From positions 13,171-77,170 of the forward strand of contig NW_005434537.1 of NCBI RefSeq assembly GCF_000315625.1: a stretch of 64,000 bases of DNA, in the 5' to 3' direction. Position 1 is the stretch's first letter, and every line of letters begins with the position of its first letter. The notes beneath the pieces were generated by a model. The model worked only from the letters and a program-made list of their open reading frames with translations, was not told where the DNA came from and made no database searches. This DNA comes from Guillardia theta CCMP2712 (taxonomy: Eukaryota; Protista; Cryptophyta). The position numbers were made by a program, and so were the translations under genes. This document shows positions 29,744 through 37,310 of the stretch, one piece after another.

Positions 29744-31096
29744 ATGGTTGCTGTGGACCGGATGTCGTACAGGCAGTCTTCGAAGCAGGTAGAGCGCCAC
29801 AAGCACGTGGGCGAGCTGGATAACCTTCACCGTTTCGAGAGCGAGGCCATCGTGACAACCGTGAACGAGATTGCGGAGGGAGGAATGCAGCCGCGGACAC
29901 GGATTCTTGGGGCGGATGACTGCCATACCCTGGTCCGGAGCACGCTGACGCTGAGCGGGGCGGACGGATGCGGGAGGGTGCTGGGCTCCGCGATGATGAA
30001 GCTCCCTGTCGGGGTGCCGGGCCGGGACGACTTTGCCTCGAGCGGAGCGATGCTCTCCCGTCTCCTGGCGCCCGGAAGCAGTCTGTTCGGAGAGCACGAA
30101 GAAGTGAGGAGCGCCATGCAGCGGCACCTGCGCGGGATTTCGGAGGGTGAGGAGATCCAGAAGACAGAAGGGAGAGAGGAGCCCGTGCCCAACAACCTCA
30201 TGGGCGCGCTGATCTTTGCGGAGGTGGCGAGGGCCGGGGACCGCTTCGGCCCGTGGGAGGTCCAGTCCAAGATCGGCCCCTGCATGGTCTGCGCGAGGAG
30301 CATGGTGCGCGGCAACAGCTCGCACGAGTTGGAGTGGGCGGCACAGGCGCGGGCTTGCAGGGCCGTGTCCGGGCTCATGGAGAGGGTCGGCCTGGACATC
30401 GTCCGCCACTGCATCACGGCGCGGAGGGGCGCGGAGACCTACACGCTCGACTCGGTCCTCCTCCCCGTCGGCCCGTCCTCCAACGACGCCCTGTGCTGCA
30501 CGGTGGTGAAGATGGCGGGAGGCGAGGTGCCGGCGGGCTGGTCGACCCACGTCCACACCGCGGAGTTGAACCAGATCGACACGAGGAAGGGCAGCAACCG
30601 CTACGACCTGGTCTGCGCGCAGGCGGCCAACCTCCTCCGCCATGCCAAGCAGGTTAGTGCCAAGCACCTGGAGAACCAGGTCCTGCGGGAGGTGCTGCGG
30701 ATGCGCCCCGAGCCGCTCTCGGACGAAGCGCGGAGGCTGACGGGCAAGCACAACGGCGCCTACCTCAAGTCGGAGGTGCACCTGCAGCAGCTCAACGACG
30801 AGCTGCGGCGGGAGATGACGGCGGCGGAGGTCGGGGAGGCGGAGGCGTGGGTCGGCCTGGCCATGTCCCGCCGCAGGCCCTACATCCGCTGCGTGCAGGG
30901 CTCGATGGCCAAGAACTACGACCCGAGCGGGCTGGAGGTGTCGACCGTGGGCGCGGAGCTGAACATGAAGTTCTCCTTCTCCGCGCCCTGCGTCACGGAG
31001 GCGTTCCAGGGAAGGTCCATCGCCGTGGAGCTCGGCAACCGCTGGAGGGTGGAGGGCAACACCATAGGGCTGATGCCGAGGCCGTTTGCGGGATAA
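29744..31096 (+). CDS. Hypothetical protein
   Basis: 450-aa ORF; TATTTAG at 29714. Confidence 0.7.
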   Translation: MVAVDRMSYRQSSKQVERHKHVGELDNLHRFESEAIVTTVNEIAEGGMQPRTRILGADDCHTLVRSTLTLSGADGCGRVLGSAMMKLPVGVPGRDDFASSGAMLSRLLAPGSSLFGEHEEVRSAMQRHLRGISEGEEIQKTEGREEPVPNNLMGALIFAEVARAGDRFGPWEVQSKIGPCMVCARSMVRGNSSHELEWAAQARACRAVSGLMERVGLDIVRHCITARRGAETYTLDSVLLPVGPSSNDALCCTVVKMAGGEVPAGWSTHVHTAELNQIDTRKGSNRYDLVCAQAANLLRHAKQVSAKHLENQVLREVLRMRPEPLSDEARRLTGKHNGAYLKSEVHLQQLNDELRREMTAAEVGEAEAWVGLAMSRRRPYIRCVQGSMAKNYDPSGLEVSTVGAELNMKFSFSAPCVTEAFQGRSIAVELGNRWRVEGNTIGLMPRPFAG

Positions 31097-31145
31097 GTCG
31101 TTCTGTTGTATTTAAAGCATACGTGTCCGTATCGTCATCCTACAC

Positions 31146-31355
31146 ATGGATATCACTACCTTGTATCTATCTAAGAACTGGACGCCCGAAGCCTTGGGCA
31201 TGCTGAGTTTTGTGCCGGATGATCTCCGTGCGCGGGTGAAAGAAATCAGCGAGCGTGATGCGCTTCCTAATGAAGAAAACATTGTTAGGATTGCTGACCT
31301 CGAAGCGGCGTGTCGCCTTTTCAACATGGACCTGTGGGAGATGATGCTTGAATAA
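31146..31355 (+). CDS. Small hypothetical protein
   Basis: 69-aa ORF; TATTTAA at 31109. Confidence 0.55.
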   Translation: MDITTLYLSKNWTPEALGMLSFVPDDLRARVKEISERDALPNEENIVRIADLEAACRLFNMDLWEMMLE

Positions 31356-31422
31356 GAACCTTCTCCCGTGTATCCCGTTGTAGCCAGTAAAAAATTAAAA
31401 TCTTAAAGTATCGGTCCACCCC

Positions 31423-32052
31423 TCATCTCAGCCTTCCTGTAGACAAAGAGCCTGGTGTACTTCTTGCATCTCCTTTTTGGTAAACTAGTAGTCCCGCGTA
31501 TTCCTTGGAAGGGATGGTCGTGGTTATGAGCTGCAGCGCCTCCTCCGGGTTCCGGAGGCGGAGCAGCCTTGCGACCATCGGGTCGAAGTGCCACAAGGCG
31601 CTGTCCTCCCCGGCGGGCCTGAGCAGCGCCGTCGTGTGGTGGTGGGCGGTGACGAGGAGGGCCTGGTTGGGCCGCAGGGAGCGGACGGCGGTTCCGAGGT
31701 CACGGATGATGCAGCCGCGGTCGCCATCGTCCTCGAAGCCCTGGATGAAGCCCTCGGGCAGCGCGTCGACGGTCCCCATCACCTCGGTCGCCCCCACTCC
31801 CGTTGGGGACTCGATGGCTTCCAAGACGTGGTAGACAGAGAAGAGCCGTTCCTGCTGGTTGCTGCCCTCGATGAGGATCTTCTGCGTCCGGCTGGCGACC
31901 GTCATGATGACGTCCATCTGCGCGCGGGTGGGCGGGATGCGGACGCCGTAGTCCCCCAGCATGCCGCAGGCGAGGAGGTAGCAGGCCGGGGTGCACATCG
32001 TCGCGCCGTGGGGGTAGGTCGCTTGGGATGGGTAAATGAAGTGGTCGTCCAT
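31423..32052 (-). CDS. Cysteine protease resembling the herpes large-tegument deubiquitinase domain (peptidase C76-like)
   Basis: SQ..YPHGATMC..ACYLL, QMDVIM, ALLVTAHHHTTAL and LWHFDP mirror the C76 Q..G..QC..YL / LD..L / ..FDPH layout. Confidence 0.55.
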   Translation of the reverse strand: MDDHFIYPSQATYPHGATMCTPACYLLACGMLGDYGVRIPPTRAQMDVIMTVASRTQKILIEGSNQQERLFSVYHVLEAIESPTGVGATEVMGTVDALPEGFIQGFEDDGDRGCIIRDLGTAVRSLRPNQALLVTAHHHTTALLRPAGEDSALWHFDPMVARLLRLRNPEEALQLITTTIPSKEYAGLLVYQKGDARSTPGSLSTGRLR

Positions 32053-32188
32053 TTCGCAGGGAACGTTTCCTGTCTCCCCCCTTGCTCCTGTGTCCCGTTT
32101 TTTGGAGAGAGAGAGAAAAAAAAGTAGCTCCCGGCGTATAGCTGGGCGCACTTCAGGAGCTACTCCCCAGGTCTGGACGAGAGTTGTC

Positions 32189-32518
32189 ATGACCGAAGAC
32201 GAAATCCTCGAGCACGTAGAGCAGGCGATGGACTCTGAGATGCAGGACGTCGAGGTGAAGGCCAAGAAGTCGAGCAAGGGCCGCGCCAAGAAGTCCGAGA
32301 GCAAGGGGGTGACCAAGCGCGCCGCGACCGCCAAGCCGTCAAAGCCGCGCCGCCCCTTCTCCAGGCTCACCGACGAGGTGCTGCAGCAGAGGCAGGACGC
32401 CCTGCAGGAGCGCCTCAACGTCTCCAAGGCGCAGATCACCATCATGAGCAGCAAGTGGCAGAAGTACGAGGACGAGCGGAAGCATCGTGTAGAGGATAAG
32501 CAGGAAGATTCGGAGTAG
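32189..32518 (+). CDS. Small basic coiled-coil protein
   Basis: Lys-rich middle followed by a heptad-like C-terminus; AATAAA after the stop. Confidence 0.65.
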   Translation: MTEDEILEHVEQAMDSEMQDVEVKAKKSSKGRAKKSESKGVTKRAATAKPSKPRRPFSRLTDEVLQQRQDALQERLNVSKAQITIMSSKWQKYEDERKHRVEDKQEDSE

Positions 32519-32653
32519 TGTGCTATGAATAAAGCAAGCCGTTCTTTCAAGTGCAAGCCGTGTTTTCCGTGTGCTCCGAAACGAAGAGTCTGCCTCCCTC
32601 CCTTTATTTAACCATGCCTTGAGGATTTCGGTCGAGTTTGGGGTTGGATTGAC

Positions 32654-33364
32654 ATGGAGGCAGAGCAATTTATGAGGATCAAAGACGAGGTGGATACACC
32701 CGACTGTCCCTTCAAACCCAAGGAGCGCGGGAGCGGCAGCTACGAGCGCTGCGTGGTGACCTGCAAGCCCTCCCACGCCTTCAGCGAGGAGATGCAGTCC
32801 TTCATTGACAACCAGGTGAACATGCCGCGGAAGCAGTGGGTGTACGAGGTGATCCGGGGCGAGCGGGAGACGGACAACGTCCTCCTCGACACCCCCGAGT
32901 TCGTCTTCCTCCCCGACACCCACGCGCTCAACGACGGGAAGACCATCAACTGGCTGGCCGTGGTCAAGGACCGGGGCCTGAAGACCCTCCGCGACCTGCG
33001 GGGCTGCCACCTGCCGATGCTCCGCCGCCTGAGGGTGCAGTGCACCGAGTACATCCTCGCCAACACCGAGTGGAAGCGGCACAACATCATGGCCTACTTC
33101 CACTACCTCCCCAGCGTCTTCCAGCTGCATGTCCACTTCTGCGCCCCGTACGGGTCCTACACCACCCTCGACGTCTTCAAGGTCCACCCCCTCGACACCG
33201 TCATCGGGAACCTGGAGATAGACAGCGAGTACTACCGCAAGGCCGTCCTCCCCACCGTGGTGGTGGGCAACTCCGCGCTGCTCGGAGTCTACGGGCTCAC
33301 CGCCGTGAACAACGACTACAGGAACGTGGAGTCGCCCGAGATCCAGCCCATAGGATGGAAGTGA
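32654..33364 (+). CDS. DCPS: m7GpppX scavenger decapping enzyme (HIT family)
   Basis: FVFLPD, LKTLRDL..HLPML and YFHYLPSVFQLHVHF match the DcpS C-terminal domain. Confidence 0.9.
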   Translation: MEAEQFMRIKDEVDTPDCPFKPKERGSGSYERCVVTCKPSHAFSEEMQSFIDNQVNMPRKQWVYEVIRGERETDNVLLDTPEFVFLPDTHALNDGKTINWLAVVKDRGLKTLRDLRGCHLPMLRRLRVQCTEYILANTEWKRHNIMAYFHYLPSVFQLHVHFCAPYGSYTTLDVFKVHPLDTVIGNLEIDSEYYRKAVLPTVVVGNSALLGVYGLTAVNNDYRNVESPEIQPIGWK

Positions 33365-33441
33365 TGTGAGGGTGTATGCGTTGTCCCTGTCTTGTTTTTA
33401 GAACGCTATATAAACCACTGAACATGCCTGCATCCCGAAAC

Positions 33442-34281
33442 ATGGCGCACAGCATCGCGCAGTACACGGGGACGCGCATCGACTCCTCCGCGAAGCACAT
33501 CGTCGCCTGCAAGGTGAACGGGAAGGTGTTTGAGCGGCTGGGGAACCAGGTGAAGCAGCTCACCGATGACAAGTACCGCTACGCCATGCAGAAGGACGAG
33601 CTCGTCCTGAGTGTTGCGCTGATGACGGACGAGGACGTGGTGAGGGGCGCAGACCGGACGTTCCAGCGCACCTTCGTCAAGCACGCCTACCCTCCCGTGA
33701 TCACCACCCTGGGGGACAAGCTTCTGGATGAGCACAAGACGGCCATCCGATTGTATTACCGGAACCTCTCCTTCGAGAACGAGGACGAGGGGATCGTCTA
33801 CGATAGGAATGGGGTGGATCACTTCTTCCCCTTCAAGTTCGACTTCGTCGGTGTCAGCGTCGGCACCGCCTATGCCAGCGACCTGACGGGCGACCCCGTG
33901 GGCTCCGTCCTGATTGGCGGGATGATGACGGTGCTGAACGGCCACTTCCCCTGCTACACCGGGGAGCTGGTCCAGTGGTACTTCGACTTCGAATCGGAGG
34001 AGTTCGACCCGGACGGGAAGCGGATCGTGCCTGCTGGGATGGACCACCGTATCCGGTACCCCATCGGCGGAAGGGAGCACTTCTACCAGCAGCGCATGTT
34101 CGGGGCGCACGCGGACGCGAACCGGGGGAAGCAGAACGTGGCGCTGATCAAGCCCTTCCGAAAGATCCGGGACCGAAGAAACTATGCCTACGGGGACAAG
34201 GTGAGGGTGATCGGCAGGATCGTGAACGGGGGGCAGCCCTGGGAGCCCATCGACATCTTCCTGTCCAACACCTTCGTGTAG
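33442..34281 (+). CDS. Putative capsid triplex/decoration protein, paralog A
   Basis: Aligns end to end with the next gene. GSVLIGGMMTVLNG..TGELVQW and RVIGRIV..EPIDI resemble beta-tulip cement proteins. TATATAA at 33407. Confidence 0.6.
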   Translation: MAHSIAQYTGTRIDSSAKHIVACKVNGKVFERLGNQVKQLTDDKYRYAMQKDELVLSVALMTDEDVVRGADRTFQRTFVKHAYPPVITTLGDKLLDEHKTAIRLYYRNLSFENEDEGIVYDRNGVDHFFPFKFDFVGVSVGTAYASDLTGDPVGSVLIGGMMTVLNGHFPCYTGELVQWYFDFESEEFDPDGKRIVPAGMDHRIRYPIGGREHFYQQRMFGAHADANRGKQNVALIKPFRKIRDRRNYAYGDKVRVIGRIVNGGQPWEPIDIFLSNTFV

Positions 34282-34349
34282 GCCATCGCTTTTTACATCC
34301 ATGCAAAATCAAAGGTATTTAAGACTGAAGGGACAGCATCCCGGGAGAT

Positions 34350-35264
34350 ATGGCGAGTGTGGGGCAGATCACGGGCACGCAGGTGCATTCGGGGCCGAAG
34401 CACATCCTGCAGTGCCATGTGTCCGAGGACGTGCTGCGGATGCTGGCCACCGAGGACACGAGGGAGCGGGTCCACCGCGACAAGATGCTGTACTGCATGC
34501 ACAAGCACGAGCTCGCGCTGTGCTGCAGCATCCCTTACAACACCAGCAACAACATGATGTTCAAGCAAAAGACGGCCTACCCTCCCGTGGTGACCACGCT
34601 TGGCTTCATCACCCCAGAGACCCGGAATCTCATCCGGGCGGTCTACAACGCGCAGACAGTGGAGCAGTTCGAGGAGAGCCGGGAGAACATCATCGCCCGC
34701 GCCGCCAGAGACCCGAACTTCAAGTTCTACCTCCCACAGTTTACCTTCCAGGGGGTGGCGCAGACCCAGGCGTGGGCGACTTCGAACTTTGGGGACACGA
34801 TCGGGTCCGTCCTGGTCGCGGGCTTCGCCACCGTCATGAATGGCCACTTCCACGCCTACACGGGCGACGTCGTCCACTGGTACTTCGACTTCGAGAGCAT
34901 CATGTTCGAGGATGACGGGACGAGGAGGCGGAACGGGGCCTTCAACTCCAATCCAGCGAATGTCAACTTGATCACCGAGGCGAACCCCGACTTCTACAAC
35001 GCCGATCCGATCCGAATTGGCGAGAAGGCCGGGGAGCGGAAGGACTACCACGAGATGCGGGAGTACGGCAACTACCCGGAGCTCTACAAGAACCTTGACC
35101 GAAGGATCGGAAGCCGGGAGTACAAGCAGAACATCATCTACCCGAAGCCCTACCTCTACGACGGCTGCGGGTATGGCGACCGCATCCGCGTCTTCGGGAG
35201 GGTGGTGAACGGCGGCAGGCCCTTCGAGCCCATCGATGTGCTCATCTTCTCGCAGTGTCGTTGA
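34350..35264 (+). CDS. Putative capsid triplex/decoration protein, paralog B
   Basis: Shares AYPPV.TTLG, NGHF..YTG..V.WYFDFES and YGD..RV.GR.VNGG.P.EPID with paralog A; TATTTAA at 34316. Confidence 0.6.
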   Translation: MASVGQITGTQVHSGPKHILQCHVSEDVLRMLATEDTRERVHRDKMLYCMHKHELALCCSIPYNTSNNMMFKQKTAYPPVVTTLGFITPETRNLIRAVYNAQTVEQFEESRENIIARAARDPNFKFYLPQFTFQGVAQTQAWATSNFGDTIGSVLVAGFATVMNGHFHAYTGDVVHWYFDFESIMFEDDGTRRRNGAFNSNPANVNLITEANPDFYNADPIRIGEKAGERKDYHEMREYGNYPELYKNLDRRIGSREYKQNIIYPKPYLYDGCGYGDRIRVFGRVVNGGRPFEPIDVLIFSQCR

Positions 35265-35287
35265 GTTCATTGAAATAAAATTACAAA

Positions 35288-35833
35288 TTACTTGATTGGT
35301 TTCCTGAGCTCGGCCTGGGTCTGCTGCAGCGAGAGGTGGAACACCTGCACGCAGTCCCTCTCGGACCAGCCCTGGAGGTCGTCCTCGGTGAAGCCGAGCG
35401 AGCGCCAGCGGTGGAGCGAGAAGGACCACCTCGCCATGATCTGCTTTGTCATCCCGATGTCGACGAGCTGGGCGTACGTCACCCCCATGGCCTCGAGGAG
35501 GTGGGAGGGTAGCTTGAGCTGCCAGAGCTCGCTGATGTCGGCGCGGAGGTGGAGGATGGGGTGGACGGGGAAGCAGAGCATGTCGGTGACCATGGGGAGC
35601 TGCACGTTGCCGTGCCTGACCCACTCCTCCGGGCTGGGCTGCAGGGTCTTGAGCTTCTCGGGGGACAGCCCCAGCGAGCGGAGGAACTGCCAGGTCAGGG
35701 CCTCGCTTGCGACGACGTGCTTCCAGGCCAGGACCGAGGAGGGGCGGGACCAGCCGTGGATCATGATGGACTGGTACGGCGTGAGTTCGATGGCCATGGC
35801 GCGGACTTCGGGGCGGTGCTCTGGGCTTGGCAT
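35288..35833 (-). CDS. Hypothetical helical-repeat protein (L..(L/M/I)G motif x4)
   Basis: FLRSLGLS, LLEAMGVT, LVDIGMT, WRSLGFT. Confidence 0.6.
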   Translation of the reverse strand: MPSPEHRPEVRAMAIELTPYQSIMIHGWSRPSSVLAWKHVVASEALTWQFLRSLGLSPEKLKTLQPSPEEWVRHGNVQLPMVTDMLCFPVHPILHLRADISELWQLKLPSHLLEAMGVTYAQLVDIGMTKQIMARWSFSLHRWRSLGFTEDDLQGWSERDCVQVFHLSLQQTQAELRKPIK

Positions 35834-35976
35834 TACCTTCACTGATCCCCCCTGTCCGCCGTGTTGCCCGGACCGTACTATTTCCCAGTCTTATACCGTT
35901 CCTGCCGGTCCCGGACCCTACATGGCATTTACTTATTTTTGTGTATTTAAGGAACGACCCTTCTTGGCTGTTCATC

Positions 35977-36543
35977 ATGTTTTTGCAATATCATACTGCT
36001 TTCTACACCGTGATTATCACGGACAACGAGAAGATTACGGGTGTCGTAACCTGCACTGGCAAGGAGATGTGCATGTCTGATTCCGAACGGTTCGGTCATA
36101 TCAACGTCATCTGCAAGAACTCCCTCCCGGTTGACACATGCTTTGCAATTGTAAGAGATATCATAGAAAACCTCCCACTTCAGGACATCCGTCAAAAGTA
36201 CGGTTACCTGGATGGCTCTCTTCTCGATTGTTTTGTGACAAATAACTACGAGAAGATCAGGGCTTTTTATGCTGGCCTCACAGATCGGTCTTACGAGACC
36301 ATCGAGTCGTATTATAACCGCCTCCTCGAGAAGGAAACACTCATCCGCCAGAACTGTAAGCACTTGGTCAATGAGCTCAACCAGCGTCGCCACATTGACA
36401 ATATCGGTGAACTGCAATATGCTTCGAGATTTGTGAGCCACGAAGTCTACGGACATATGGCCTTATACCAAAATTTCGTGAATTCTTGCAATATGGACTT
36501 CAGTGACCTGCCGCTTTCTGAGTCCTGCTGGAGCCTTACCTGA
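35977..36543 (+). CDS. Hypothetical low-GC protein
   Basis: Part of ORF 35827..36543; TATTTAA at 35944, 33 nt upstream of ATG 35977. Confidence 0.6.
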   Translation: MFLQYHTAFYTVIITDNEKITGVVTCTGKEMCMSDSERFGHINVICKNSLPVDTCFAIVRDIIENLPLQDIRQKYGYLDGSLLDCFVTNNYEKIRAFYAGLTDRSYETIESYYNRLLEKETLIRQNCKHLVNELNQRRHIDNIGELQYASRFVSHEVYGHMALYQNFVNSCNMDFSDLPLSESCWSLT

Positions 36544-36713
36544 CCCTCTGCATCTCTCCCTTGAGCGCATAGAGAGTTGAGAGATCGGTGATTGTTGTTT
36601 CAGAATCAATAAAGATCTTACGTTCTTGAGCGTGTTTCCGTTATTTTTTTGGGTTGGGTGGATCACGTCGGGAAGGGGGGGGTGGCATGGCGAAAGGAGG
36701 GTAGCGGGGAGCC

Positions 36714-37310
36714 ATGAAGAAGCGCCTCTACTCCGCCCTCTCCATCGACGAGCTCTCCTTCCTCCCGGGCGAGGGTGAGAGCGACGCGCCCCCGGCCTTC
36801 ATCCACAACATCGTCAGCACGACCAAGATCCGGTCGAGCGTGGTGCCGCTCAACCTGAACTACATCGCGTCCGTGCTGCCCAACAGCTTCTACGACAAGC
36901 ACAAGTTCGCCGCCATCACGATCCGCATCGACAACCCCACCTGCACGGTGCTGCTCTTCAGCTCCGGGAAGCTGGTCCTGACCGGCTCCCAGAGCTGGTA
37001 CAAGTGCCTGCACGCCTCGCTGAAGATCGTCGAGATGCTCCGCGCCTACATCATCGGGGTGGACTTCCACGTAGAAGACATCGTCGTCCAGAACATCGTC
37101 GGCAACGCCATCATCGACCTCCAGGGAAATCGCACCTTGAATCTGGAAAGAATGTACAACGAGCAGTGCTCCAAGTGCACCTTCCAGAAGTCCCTCTTCC
37201 CGGGCCTCATCTTCCGCCCGGACAACTCCCCCGTCGTCCTCCTCTGCTTCGAGAGCCAGATCCAAAAACCCATAGGGCATTTCTCCCAGGGGGAAGAAAA
37301 CCTCCCTTGA
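36714..37310 (+). pseudogene. TBP: Viral TATA-binding protein, 3'-truncated and fused to satellite sequence
   Basis: IHNIVST..LLFSSGKLVLTG (repeat 1) and VQNIVG..FPGLIFR..LLCFES (repeat 2) break at 37256. The last 17 aa come from the satellite. Confidence 0.9.

Larger units (their letters stand above)
1..37256. mobile_element. Endogenous large DNA virus segment, mirusvirus-like (Duplodnaviria virion module plus eukaryote-like informational genes); left end lies outside the window
   Basis: About 40 tightly packed ORFs without obvious introns. Includes an assemblin-like protease, paired triplex-like paralogs, TBP, Snf7, primase and DcpS. Ends abruptly against a satellite array. Confidence 0.75.

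Noticed and set aside
2526-36456. Many long overlapping or antisense ORFs (e.g. 2858..3562, 5193..5858, 20648..21499, 29717..30781, 33406..34302, 34293..35978)
   Set aside because: Shadow frames expected from GC3-rich genes on the other strand or frame; low-complexity translations without motifs.
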